DNA of 64,000 nt from an uncultured Actinomycetes bacterium (GCA_963837155.1 CAWIMB010000002.1:151144-215143); one strand, 5' to 3'; positions 18,233 through 29,042 are shown, counted from the stretch's first letter. The notes: generated by a model from the letters alone, not told the origin. Numbers and translations are program-made.

Positions 18233-19422
18233 ACGTGCTTCCGAAGATCGTTTCGGCTGACGACCACGTCGTCGAGCCCGCCAACGTTTGGGTCGACCGA
18301 TTGCCGGCGAAGTACCGCGACGCGGGACCGCGCATCGTGCGCGCCCCGGTCGCCGAGATGACGTTCTACGGCGGCAAGTTCTCGTACCGCATGGGTGACG
18401 GCGGGCCGGAAGCCGACTGGTGGTTGTACGAAGACCTGCAATGGCCGCACACGCGGCTCGGGGCGTGCGCGGGATTCGCGCCCGACGACGTGCAGGTGGT
18501 GCCGATCACGTACGACGAGATGCGTCCCGGTTGCTACGAGCGCGATGCGCGACTCGCCGACATGGATCTCAACTGGGTCGAGGCGTCGTTGTGCTTCCCC
18601 ACGTTCCCTCGCTTCTGCGGGCAAACGTTCCTCGAGGCTCACGACAGGGATCTCGCCTTGCTGTGCGTACAGGCCTACAACGACTGGATGGTCGAGGAGT
18701 GGTGTGCCGATTCGACCGGCCGCCTGCTCCCGCTGTGCCTGATTCCATTGTGGGATCCGCAGCTCGCCGCCGCCGAGGTGCGACGCAACGCCGCGCGCGG
18801 CGTGCGCGCCGTGTGCTTTAGCGAGCTGCCTGCGAATCTCGCCCTCCCGTCGATTCACGACGCGAACCGGCACTGGGATCCGTTCGTGGCGGCGTGTGAC
18901 GAGACCGGCACCGTCATCTGCATGCACAGCGGCTCCGGCTCGAAGATGCCGTCGACGTCGGCCGACGCGCCTCCGGCAGTCGGGTCGACGCTGACGCACG
19001 AGCTCGCCGAGGGATCGCTCGCCGACTGGCTGTTCTCCGGCTTGCTCGCGCGCTTCACCGACGTGAAGGTCACCTATTCGGAAGGTCAGATCGGCTGGAT
19101 CCCGTACATCCTCGCCCGCGCGGATCGCATCTGGGAGCACAACCGCGGCTGGGCCGACGTGCGCGCGCTCGTGCCGGAGCCGCCGAGCACGTACTACTGG
19201 GGCCGCGTGTACGGGTGCTTCTTCGACGACGCGGCCGGTCTCGCCCAGCTCGACCGGATCGGTGCCGACCAGGTGACGTTCGAGACGGACTACCCCCATG
19301 CCGACGGCACGTGGCCACATAGCAAGGCCGTTGCCGAGCAACTGTTCGACGGCCTGGACCATGACACGGTGCGCAAGATCGTGCGCGACAACGCCCGCAC
19401 GCTGTTCGGGATCGAGGAGTGA
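18229..19422 (+). CDS. amidohydrolase (amidohydrolase-2 family)
   Basis: GTG at 18229 (GTGA overlap) inside ORF 17674..19422: VSADDHVVEP...FETDYPHADG. Confidence 0.85.
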   Translation: MNVLPKIVSADDHVVEPANVWVDRLPAKYRDAGPRIVRAPVAEMTFYGGKFSYRMGDGGPEADWWLYEDLQWPHTRLGACAGFAPDDVQVVPITYDEMRPGCYERDARLADMDLNWVEASLCFPTFPRFCGQTFLEAHDRDLALLCVQAYNDWMVEEWCADSTGRLLPLCLIPLWDPQLAAAEVRRNAARGVRAVCFSELPANLALPSIHDANRHWDPFVAACDETGTVICMHSGSGSKMPSTSADAPPAVGSTLTHELAEGSLADWLFSGLLARFTDVKVTYSEGQIGWIPYILARADRIWEHNRGWADVRALVPEPPSTYYWGRVYGCFFDDAAGLAQLDRIGADQVTFETDYPHADGTWPHSKAVAEQLFDGLDHDTVRKIVRDNARTLFGIEE

Positions 19423-19426
19423 TCGG

Positions 19427-19957
19427 ATGACAAACCACGACGGGCGAATCGAGGTGCCCGACGCATCGGAGCTGCGCGATGACGTGGCGCAGCTGCTGCC
19501 GCTGATCGCGCCGCCCGGGCGAGAGCCGGCACGCACGATGGCCGTGCTCGCCCGGCAACCGGAATTGCTCACCCCGTTCCTCGGCTGGGCCGCCGCGCTC
19601 GCGCTGAACGGTGTGCTCGCACACCGTGATCACGAGCTGCTCGCGCTCCGCGTCGCGTCGAACTGCGGGTCGGAGTTCGAGTGGGTCGAGCACACGGAGT
19701 ACGCGCGGTACGCCGGGCTGAGCGATGAGGAGATCGCGCTGGCCGCCAAACCTCTTGACGACGGGAACTGGACCGATGCCGAGCGCGCGTTGTTGCGAGC
19801 GGCTGACGAGCTGAACATCGATTGCGACATCTCCGACGCGACCTGGACCGCGCTCGCCGGACACTACGAGCCGCCCGCACTCGTGGAGATCCTGTTCGTG
19901 GTCGGTCAGTACACGATGCTGTCGATGGTCGCGAACGCGGCCGGGATCCCCGCGTGA
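19427..19957 (+). CDS. carboxymuconolactone decarboxylase (AhpD-like) family protein
   Basis: ATG at 19427 inside ORF 19298..19957: RVASNCGSEFEWVEH...VGQYTMLSM. Confidence 0.8.
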   Translation: MTNHDGRIEVPDASELRDDVAQLLPLIAPPGREPARTMAVLARQPELLTPFLGWAAALALNGVLAHRDHELLALRVASNCGSEFEWVEHTEYARYAGLSDEEIALAAKPLDDGNWTDAERALLRAADELNIDCDISDATWTALAGHYEPPALVEILFVVGQYTMLSMVANAAGIPA

Positions 19958-21036
19958 GCGGGCCCGGCGTCGCGGTTGTCGGCACCGGATTCGGGTGCCT
20001 CACGCACGTGCGGGTGTTCCGCGCGGCGGGGTTCGACGTGCGCGCGCTCGTCGGTCGCGATCCCGAGAAGACCGGGGCGCGTGCGAAGCGCTTCGAGATC
20101 CCGCACGCCTGCACGTCGCTCACTGAGGCATTGAACCTCGCCGGTATCGACGCGATCACGATCGCGACGCCACCGCACACGCATGCACCGATCGCGCTCG
20201 CGGCGATCGCTGCCGGGAAGCACGTGCTGTGCGAGAAGCCGTTCACCCGCGACGCGGCCGAGGCGCGTGAGCTGCTCGCCGCGGCCGAGGCGGCAGGTGT
20301 CGTGCATGTGCTCGGCACCGAGTTCCGGTTCGCGCCGGGACGGGTGCTGCTCGCGCGTGCCGTACGCAGCGGTGCGATCGGCGAGCCGCGCCTCGCCACG
20401 TTCTTGTTGCACATTCCGATGCTCGCCGATTCCGCGGCCGAGGTTCCCGAGTGGTGGGCCGATCCGGCCGGCGGCGGTGGATGGCTCGCCGCCCAGGCAT
20501 CACACGACATCGATCAGGTGCGCACGACGCTCGGCGAGTTTGCGAGCGTGAGCGCGAGCCTGCCGCGCGTCGCGGAACATCCGTGGGCTGTCGAGGACGG
20601 CTATCTCGTGCAGTTCCGGTTGCGTAGTGGCGTGGTCGGCATCATGCAGAGTGTCGCCTGCGATCGCGGGCCGATGCTGTTCGCGACGCGCATCGCAGGA
20701 ACGCGCGGCACTGCGTGGGCGGAAGGCGATCGCGTTCGTCTCACCGATGCCGACGGCACGCGCGACATCCCGTGCCCGCCCGACGTGGCGGTGCCCGCTC
20801 CCGATCCTCCGCCCGCGGACCTGATGGTGACCGCGTACGACTTGCTGCACGCAATGGGGATCGACTTCGGCCCGTACACGCGTCTCGCCGAGACGTTCCG
20901 CGACCTGATTCTCGGCAACGACGTGCCCGCCGACCCCGCGCCCGCCACGTTCCACGACGGCGTCGCGACGATGGACGTCATCGACGCGATCCGGCGTTCA
21001 GCCGCGGAAGGCGTCTCCGTGGAGTTGCCCGGGTGA
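19954..21036 (+). CDS. Gfo/Idh/MocA family oxidoreductase
   Basis: GTG at 19954 (GTGA overlap) inside ORF 19822..21036: VAVVGTGFG...GKHVLCEKP. Confidence 0.85.
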   Translation: MSGPGVAVVGTGFGCLTHVRVFRAAGFDVRALVGRDPEKTGARAKRFEIPHACTSLTEALNLAGIDAITIATPPHTHAPIALAAIAAGKHVLCEKPFTRDAAEARELLAAAEAAGVVHVLGTEFRFAPGRVLLARAVRSGAIGEPRLATFLLHIPMLADSAAEVPEWWADPAGGGGWLAAQASHDIDQVRTTLGEFASVSASLPRVAEHPWAVEDGYLVQFRLRSGVVGIMQSVACDRGPMLFATRIAGTRGTAWAEGDRVRLTDADGTRDIPCPPDVAVPAPDPPPADLMVTAYDLLHAMGIDFGPYTRLAETFRDLILGNDVPADPAPATFHDGVATMDVIDAIRRSAAEGVSVELPG

Positions 21037-22112
21037 CGGGCGTCGTCGTCGCGGGAACGGGCTTCGGGTGCTTCACGCATGTGCGTGCCCTGCGCGCCGC
21101 CGGTTTCGATGTCCATGCGGTCGTCGGACGCGATCCCGACAAGACCGCCGCGCGCGCCGAAGCCTTCGACGTGCCGCTCGGAAGCACGTCGTTCACGGAT
21201 GCACTCACGTTGCCGGGCGTCGATGCGGTGACGATCGCGACGCCGCCCCACACGCACGCGACACTTGTACGCGAGGCGATCGCAGCGGGGAAGCACGTGT
21301 TGTGCGAGAAGCCGTTTGCACGCGACACGTCGGAAGCGCGCGCGTTGCTGGAGACGGCCCAGGCGGCGGGCATTGTGCATCTGCTCGGCACCGAGTTCCG
21401 GTTCGACACCGGGCAGGCACTCCTCGCGCGTGCAGTGAGCGACGGCGCGATCGGTGAACCACGTCTGGCGATGTTCCTGATGCACGTGCCGGTGCTGGCC
21501 GATGCCGATGCCGTGCTCCCGGCCTGGTGGGCAGACGCCGAGCAGGGCGGTGGGTGGCTCGGCGCGCACGGCTCGCAAGTCATCGACCAAATACGCGTCA
21601 CCGTCGGCGAGTTCGAATCTGTCACCGCGTCAGTCGTTAACCTCGCCGATCGGAGCACGACAGCCGACGACGGCTTTGTTGTCCACTTCCGGTTGCACTC
21701 GGGCGTCTCGGGTGTCATGCAGAGCACGGCGGCCGACCGCGGGCGAATGCTGGTCGAGACCCGTGTGATCGGTTCGACGGGATCGGCGTGGATCGACGGT
21801 GTCGGCGACGCGGTGCACGTCGCCGACGCGCACGGGACGCGTCGGCTCCCGGTGCCCGACGATCTCCGCACCGCGCCTCCTGCTGCGCCGCCTGCGCACG
21901 TGCTCGAGACGACGTACGAGCAGATGGTCGGCCACGGGCTTGACCTCGGCCCGTACACGCGCCTCGCCGAGCACTTCCTGGCCCGCATCACCGACGCGCC
22001 GCCGCCGCCAGGACCCGATCCGGCAACGTTCGCCGACGGCGTCGCCGACATGGCAGTACTCGACGCCATGCGCCGCTCCGCCGCTCAGGGCCGGACGGTC
22101 TCTTGCGTGTAA
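21033..22112 (+). CDS. Gfo/Idh/MocA family oxidoreductase (tandem paralog)
   Basis: GTG at 21033 (GTGA overlap) inside ORF 20715..22112: VVVAGTGFG...GKHVLCEKP. Clearly paralogous to the previous gene. Confidence 0.85.
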   Translation: MTGVVVAGTGFGCFTHVRALRAAGFDVHAVVGRDPDKTAARAEAFDVPLGSTSFTDALTLPGVDAVTIATPPHTHATLVREAIAAGKHVLCEKPFARDTSEARALLETAQAAGIVHLLGTEFRFDTGQALLARAVSDGAIGEPRLAMFLMHVPVLADADAVLPAWWADAEQGGGWLGAHGSQVIDQIRVTVGEFESVTASVVNLADRSTTADDGFVVHFRLHSGVSGVMQSTAADRGRMLVETRVIGSTGSAWIDGVGDAVHVADAHGTRRLPVPDDLRTAPPAAPPAHVLETTYEQMVGHGLDLGPYTRLAEHFLARITDAPPPPGPDPATFADGVADMAVLDAMRRSAAQGRTVSCV

Positions 22113-22145
22113 ACCGGATGCCGTTGCCAGCGGTTATCCAGATAT

Positions 22146-22634
22146 ATGCGCGGGGCTGACGAGTTCGAGGCGGCGTTCCCCCGGCTCCTCGAGCGTTGCC
22201 GTCGACACGCGAATCGGCTTGTTGGCGATGCTGCCGTCGCGGAGGACCTGGCCGCGGAGGCGCTTGCCCGCACGTACGCGCACTGGCCTCGAGTTCATGC
22301 CTACGACCATCTTGATGCGTGGGTTCTCAGGGTCGTCACGAATCTCGCCATCGACACACTTGCGAAACGGCGAATCCCTCTCGAGGTTCAAACGGCCGTC
22401 ACGGGTGAGGACGCCGCCGTTCTGCGTGTCGCGCTCGCCCAGGCACTGAAGGCCTTGCCGCGCCGGCAGCGTGACGCCGTCGTCCTTCGGTATCTGGTCG
22501 ACATGACCGAGGCTGACGTTGCGCTGGCACTCGGAGTTGCTCAAGGCACCGTGAAATCTCACCTTCATCGAGCAGTCGCGCGGCTACGGCAGCTGCTCGG
22601 GCCGGCCTTCGACACCCGCTTCGAGGACGTGTGA
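22146..22634 (+). CDS. ECF-type (SigE-family) RNA polymerase sigma-70 factor
   Basis: ORF 22146..22634 with a region 2 (DLAAEALARTYAHW) and a region 4 HTH (LRYLVDMTEADVALALGVAQGTVKSHLHRA). Confidence 0.85.
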   Translation: MRGADEFEAAFPRLLERCRRHANRLVGDAAVAEDLAAEALARTYAHWPRVHAYDHLDAWVLRVVTNLAIDTLAKRRIPLEVQTAVTGEDAAVLRVALAQALKALPRRQRDAVVLRYLVDMTEADVALALGVAQGTVKSHLHRAVARLRQLLGPAFDTRFEDV

Positions 22635-23389
22635 TGAACAACGATCAATCCGAGATGGATCCGCGCACGGCGTACATCTTCGCGCGAGTGAAGAAACGTG
22701 GTCGTGTCTTGAGGCGGCGTCGTCTTATCGCACAGATCGTCGTCACGATCGCCGTTGTTGCCGTGCCGCTCACGGCATTCGCGCTGACCACCGGGGACTC
22801 GGATCGAACCGTCCGCGTTGCACATTCGTCCGATTCGACGACGCGGCCGCCGACCACGGTGAGCGCCCCGACAACCTCGACAACTCCGTCAACCACGAGT
22901 TCGAGCACAACAACACGAACGACGGTGCGGGCGTCAACACCCACGACGGTCCTTGTCTCGTGCAGGAACAGTCGCGATCCCGCGTGTGGTCCCTTCTACT
23001 ACGACCCACCGCTAAGGAACGAGGCCGCGTCGCTGCAAGTCACGGCAGTGCAACCGAGTACACCCGCTGTAGGGCAGCGCGTCACCTTCATGCTGCGGGC
23101 GAGTGACCCCGACAGCTTCTTCGTGTCGGGCGGCTTCTGCGGGTCGGCGTCGTTTGGCGACGGCCGCTCGAGCGGCTGCGGACCATCTTGCGCGGGCACA
23201 GGCGATCGATATGGCGCGTGGGATCCGCCGCAGCCGCGGCCGAGTGACGTGACCTACGCGGTCGAACACACCTATGAGAAGAACGGCACGTACCGCGCCG
23301 AGTTTTCGATTGCCGCCGATGCCTGTGGCCCGCGCCTGTCACGCGCCTCGGCGTCCACCGAGGTACGCGTGTCGAAGAGGCGCGCATGA
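22631..23389 (+). CDS. single-pass membrane protein with a Ser/Thr-rich linker and a PKD-like C-terminal domain (possible anti-sigma or sensor partner)
   Basis: ORF 22631..23389 overlaps the sigma stop. TM segment IAQIVVTIAVVAVPLTAFAL, then a T/S/P linker, then FGDG...HTYEKNGTYRAEF (PKD-type motif). Confidence 0.65.
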   Translation: MMNNDQSEMDPRTAYIFARVKKRGRVLRRRRLIAQIVVTIAVVAVPLTAFALTTGDSDRTVRVAHSSDSTTRPPTTVSAPTTSTTPSTTSSSTTTRTTVRASTPTTVLVSCRNSRDPACGPFYYDPPLRNEAASLQVTAVQPSTPAVGQRVTFMLRASDPDSFFVSGGFCGSASFGDGRSSGCGPSCAGTGDRYGAWDPPQPRPSDVTYAVEHTYEKNGTYRAEFSIAADACGPRLSRASASTEVRVSKRRA

Positions 23390-24072
23390 GCCATGACGGT
23401 GCCAGCGCGGGCTCCGTGTGCGGATGTACTCGTCTCTACACTTGCGGTGTGGTACCGGAGGGCTTTGACCCAGATCGCTGGGTGGTGCTGTCACGCACGA
23501 TGAACATTCCGGGCCGATGTTTTCTGGGCGGCAACATGCACACGCACTACGGCCATTTTCATGCCTGGAGCGAAGACCTCGGGGATCTCGTGACCGTTGC
23601 GAAGCACGACGTCGTCGATGCGTCCCCGCTCGCGCGTGCATGGATCGACGGGTTTCTGGTCGGAAGCGAACCTCGCCTGCACGAGTACCTCGGCATCAGC
23701 GCCGACGAGGCCGGCAACATCGACCGCGATCAAGCTGCCTTTGTGCGTTGGCGCGCCGACATGGCTGTGGCTCGTGACCGAGGCTGGATGCCGATGCTCC
23801 GACTCCGGCCGTCTTCGCCAGTTCCGGCCGACGCCGAGCACCTTGAGCCATGGTGTTGGGTCGGTGGCGAGTTCTGGGCGTGGCGCAACGGGACATGGGG
23901 CGTTGTAGACCCCGCGCCTCCAATGCGAGATGGGTACCTCGCAAGCTCGATCTGCGAGAGTCGTAAGCACTGCGATTTGGCCATGTTCGGTGCGTACGCC
24001 ATTTGCATGGACTGCGGCGACGCCACGGAAATCGAACTGGACGAGACGGACGAGTCGCTCAACGACGGCTGA
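23386..24072 (+). CDS. hypothetical Cys/His/Trp-rich protein
   Basis: ORF 23386..24072, ATGA-coupled to the previous gene. CGC...C near the N-terminus and HCD...CMDCGD near the C-terminus. No family recognised. Lower G+C by eye. Confidence 0.55.
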   Translation: MSHDGASAGSVCGCTRLYTCGVVPEGFDPDRWVVLSRTMNIPGRCFLGGNMHTHYGHFHAWSEDLGDLVTVAKHDVVDASPLARAWIDGFLVGSEPRLHEYLGISADEAGNIDRDQAAFVRWRADMAVARDRGWMPMLRLRPSSPVPADAEHLEPWCWVGGEFWAWRNGTWGVVDPAPPMRDGYLASSICESRKHCDLAMFGAYAICMDCGDATEIELDETDESLNDG

Positions 24073-24075
24073 CAA

Positions 24076-24093
24076 GCCGAGGACAACCTCGGC
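24076..24093 (+). terminator. stem-loop after the ECF cassette
   Basis: GCCGAGG-ACAA-CCTCGGC, 4 nt after the stop at 24072. No T-tract. Confidence 0.4.
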
Positions 24094-24198
24094 CGCGCAT
24101 ATGACTGCCATACGTGGCGCGCTGGCGGAAATAATGCATCCGTATCGGTCGGCGCCTACGCGATGATGTCGGAATGGAATGGCCGAGCGATGACAACC

Positions 24199-24252
24199 GA
24201 CGCCATGCGCCGCTCCGCCGCCGAGCAACGGACGGTCGCAGTCGAGTCATGA
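24199..24252 (+). pseudogene. relic 3' end of a Gfo/Idh/MocA-type gene
   Basis: Reads DAMRRSAAEQRTVAVES-stop, against LDAMRRSAAQGRTVSCV-stop at the end of 21033..22112. 24 nt are identical (24198..24221 = 22061..22084). Confidence 0.55.
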
Positions 24253-24489
24253 CCGTCGCCAGGCAACGAGCGCCGCAATGAAGGGTGAGGCGACAAGCAC
24301 CACATTGCCGGCGAGCGTGAAGAGCGCGCCTGCTGTGCCCGAGATCGGCTGGACCCCCTTGCACTCGCTGCCGCCGCCGAAGCAAAGCTTCGTCTGAAGG
24401 GCGCTGCCGATCGTCGCGAGCACCACCGCGACGCCGATCCCGGCGGCCAGGACGAGCGCCGGTACGAACCACTGTTTCGTTCTTGTCAT
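24247..24489 (-). CDS. small membrane protein (80 aa, two hydrophobic segments)
   Basis: ATG at 24489 inside ORF 24247..25461: MTRTKQWFVPALVLAAGIGVAVVLATIG...ALFTLAGNVVLVASPFIAALVAW. Confidence 0.5.
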   Translation of the reverse strand: MTRTKQWFVPALVLAAGIGVAVVLATIGSALQTKLCFGGGSECKGVQPISGTAGALFTLAGNVVLVASPFIAALVAWRRS

Positions 24490-24573
24490 GATCGGATGCT
24501 CGACCGGAACCTCCGGTCGCGATATCCGGGTCTGCCCCCAGCTTGGTCTGGGGCAGGCCCGTAACCTGCGCCC

Positions 24574-25122
24574 ATGCCCACAAAGGAAGGCCCAATCCCG
24601 CCGTTTCCCGACGGCGCCGATCCCGACGAGTACGACCGCTTGCGCCGGCGGGTGTTGTGGACGATGCCGTCGGGGCTCTACGTCGTCGGCAGCACCGACA
24701 AGGGCACGCGCCGCAACGGCATGACATTGAATTGGGCGACCCAGCTGTCGTTCGATCCGAAGTGGCTCGGCATCAGCGTCGAGCGTACGGCGGTTACGCA
24801 CGAGTTGGTCGAGGCGTCCGGAGTGTTCAGCCTGTCCCTCATCGACCGCGAGGACCGCGCGATTGTCCGCAAGTTCACCAAGCCCGTCGACGTCGATCTC
24901 GAGGCCCGCACCTTGAACGACTTCCCGTACATCGACGGCCCGGTCACGAGCGCGCCCGTCCTGTCGCAAGCCGTCGCGTATGTGGAATGCGAGGTCCGCC
25001 AGCCGGTGCCGGTCGGCAACCACACGTTGTTCCTCGGCGAGATCGTGAACGCCGCGTTCCTCAAGGACGAGGAGACGCCCGTCCTCCGCATGGAGGACAC
25101 GAGAATGAACTATGGCGGTTAG
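24574..25122 (+). CDS. flavin reductase family protein (FMN-binding split barrel)
   Basis: ORF 24574..25122: LYVVGSTDKGTRRNGMTLNWATQLSFDP...HTLFLGEIV. Confidence 0.8.
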   Translation: MPTKEGPIPPFPDGADPDEYDRLRRRVLWTMPSGLYVVGSTDKGTRRNGMTLNWATQLSFDPKWLGISVERTAVTHELVEASGVFSLSLIDREDRAIVRKFTKPVDVDLEARTLNDFPYIDGPVTSAPVLSQAVAYVECEVRQPVPVGNHTLFLGEIVNAAFLKDEETPVLRMEDTRMNYGG

Positions 25123-25388
25123 CCCAACGGGAGTCGTTTCCCGGGAGCGGCGACGGGTTGCCCCTTGAACTTCCGGTGATATGCGGCGAGCTGGGTCACC
25201 GCCTCGGCGCGGCTGTTCGCGACCGGCGAGCTCTGCTCCCCGTCGCGGTGCTGCCAGTACCAGCGGCCGTACGCGGTGGCGACCTTCCCGATGCTCACGC
25301 TTGAGCCGTCGAACTCGAGGCGCACCTCGACCGTGCTCCGCGTCAGCGGGACGATGCGAACGTGGCTCGCCGGTGTCGGGTTCGTCAT
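25119..25388 (-). CDS. hypothetical small protein
   Basis: ORF 25119..25388 has protein-like composition. No family recognised. Confidence 0.45.
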   Translation of the reverse strand: MTNPTPASHVRIVPLTRSTVEVRLEFDGSSVSIGKVATAYGRWYWQHRDGEQSSPVANSRAEAVTQLAAYHRKFKGQPVAAPGKRLPLG

Positions 25389-25447
25389 AGGCCGACCTAC
25401 TTTCCTCGAGAGGGCGCGTTCTTCTGTCGCGTCGTAGGCTTCGGCGC

Positions 25448-26482
25448 ATGGCCGACATCACCGCAGGTCACCAGCTCGATCAGGCACCGCCCCGTGGCCT
25501 ATTTCACAACTGGCGGTACGTCCTCGCGACGACCAACCCGCCCAAGGGCCGTCTCGACCCGGTCTCGAAGTGGCTGTACCTGACCCGGGCCGGGGTGCTG
25601 CCGATGACGCTCGTTGCGGCGGCCGTCGCCGGTCTCCTTGCCGTCTATCGCGATGACAACGTGTCGTGGGGATGGTTCGCACTGGCGGCGCTCGGCATCG
25701 TCGGCGCCCACATGGCGAACAACTTGATGAACGACCTGTTCGACCTCGAGGTCGGCACCGACCGCGAGGACTATCCGCGCAACCTCTACTCGCCGCATCC
25801 GGTGCTGTCGGGCGTTATCACTCGCAAGGGTCTCGCCGCGTGTGCGTTGGTGGTGAACGCGATCTGCCTCGCGATCATGATCGTGCTCACTGTCGCGCGG
25901 GGCTGGCCGATCGTCGCGTTCGCCCTCGGCGGTTTTCTGCTGTCGGCTGCGTACACCGCACCGCCGTTGCGGCTCAAGAAGCACGGGCTCGGAGAGCCGA
26001 CAGTCCTCGTCGTGTGGGGGCCGCTGATGGTCGGCGGCACGTACTACGCCGCGACCGGCCACATTCCGGCGGCGGTGTACCTCGCGTCGCTGCCGTACGC
26101 GCTCCTGTGCACGACCGTGCTGATGGGCAAGCACATCGACAAGATCCCGTGGGACGCAGCCGACGGCACGCACACGTTGCCGGTCATCATGGGTGAGGCC
26201 GCGGCGCGCCGCCTCACCCAAGCCATGTTCGTCACCTTCTACGTGTCGATCGTCGCGCTCGTGATCGCCCGGGTGCTGCCGGTGGCGTCGCTACTGGTCG
26301 TCCTCGCGCTGCCCGTGCAACGCCGCGCGTTCCAGGCCTACAACAAGCCCAAGCCTGAGAAGTCCCCGATGCCGAACCCGGTGTGGCCGCTGTACTTCGC
26401 GGCAATCTCGTTCCTCGTGACGCGACGCGCGGGCGGGCTGTTCGTGCTCGGGCTGATCATCGGCGCGATTCTCGGCTGGTGA
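25448..26482 (+). CDS. UbiA-family prenyltransferase
   Basis: ORF 25448..26482 has multiple TM segments and the Asp-rich motif NNLMNDLFDLEVGTD. Confidence 0.8.
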   Translation: MADITAGHQLDQAPPRGLFHNWRYVLATTNPPKGRLDPVSKWLYLTRAGVLPMTLVAAAVAGLLAVYRDDNVSWGWFALAALGIVGAHMANNLMNDLFDLEVGTDREDYPRNLYSPHPVLSGVITRKGLAACALVVNAICLAIMIVLTVARGWPIVAFALGGFLLSAAYTAPPLRLKKHGLGEPTVLVVWGPLMVGGTYYAATGHIPAAVYLASLPYALLCTTVLMGKHIDKIPWDAADGTHTLPVIMGEAAARRLTQAMFVTFYVSIVALVIARVLPVASLLVVLALPVQRRAFQAYNKPKPEKSPMPNPVWPLYFAAISFLVTRRAGGLFVLGLIIGAILGW

Positions 26483-26494
26483 GCTCCCGCAGCG

Positions 26495-26543
26495 GAGGCG
26501 ACAGCGAAGAGACCGAAGGGACGCGGAGCGCGGAGCCGACCCA
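26495..26543 (+). repeat. purine-rich intergenic repeat, family D copy 2
   Basis: 41/49 identical to 11610..11658. Starts 13 nt after the UbiA stop and abuts the first recognisable EamA residues. Confidence 0.7.
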
Positions 26544-27360
26544 TTCGTAGAGGCCGCGACCTCGCCCTCGCCGCGCTCGGTGCGTTCTCGTTCGGGTGCA
26601 CGATTCTGTTCAGCCGGACCGTTGCACGCGACGGCCTGGCCCCGAGCGTTGCGCTCGGCATCCGGTTCGCATGCGCAGGCGTGCTCCTGCTCGGCGTGCT
26701 CACCGCGCTCAGGCGACCCCCGTTGCCGCCGCTCGGTGAACGGTTCCGCGCGATCGGACTCGGTTTCTTCCTGTACGCCACGGAGTCGACGTTCTTCTAC
26801 ATGGGACTCGAGCGGGGAACCGCGGCCGCGGTCGCGCTCATCTTCTACGCGTACCCCGCAGTTGTCGCGCTCGCGGAAACTCTGATGGGCGCGACTCGAC
26901 TGCGCCGCGCAAACGCTCGTTGCGCTCGTGCTCGCGATCTCGGGCAGTGCGATCGTCGCGGTCGGGGGCGGCCGAGTGGCGATCAGCGCCACCGGCGTGC
27001 TGTGCGTCTGCGGATCATCTCATGTTCTCCACGTACGCGATTGCGAGCGACCGGCTGTTGCGGCGAACGGATTCGCTAACGGCCGCGACATGGACGGCGA
27101 TCGGCGCGTCCATCGGTGTGTTGTCGTTCGGCGCGGTCCGGGGACAGCTCGAAGCGCCAACGGCCCACGCGATGACCGCGATCATCGCCAACGGGTTCGC
27201 GACCGCGAGTGCGTTCACACTCTGGTTCGTCGTGCTCAACCGCCTCGGCCCGACCCGAACCGGGATCTGCATGGCCCTCGAGGCGGTCACCGGCGTCGTG
27301 CTTGCCGCGCTCTCTACTCCAGCCTCGGTCGAGCTGCAAGAGACGGCGTCGCCGCCGTAG
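26543..27360 (+). pseudogene. EamA/DMT-family transporter, no canonical start and at least two frameshifts
   Basis: EamA-like TM sequence is spread over three frames. These are LALAALGAFSFGCTILFSR...YAYPAVVALAETLMG, then TLVALVLAISGSAIVAVGGG (frame of ORF 26928), then MFSTYAIASDRLL...LWFVVLNRLGPTRTG (ORF 26920..27360). Shifts fall near 26890-26905 and 27005-27020. There is no ATG or GTG between the upstream stop and 26681. The 3' end is uncertain. Confidence 0.6.
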
Positions 27361-27409
27361 TGATACGGAGTTACGCTGCGCAGCGAACAACGTGGGGACC
27401 GAGGAGGCC

Positions 27410-29025
<1,616 letters not shown>

Positions 29026-29042
<17 letters not shown>

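Noticed and set aside
22113-22145. ECF-type autoregulated promoter (GGAAC...CGT) upstream of the sigma gene
   Set aside because: There is only a weak AAACC...GGTTAT resemblance in a 33-nt spacer, which is not enough to call.
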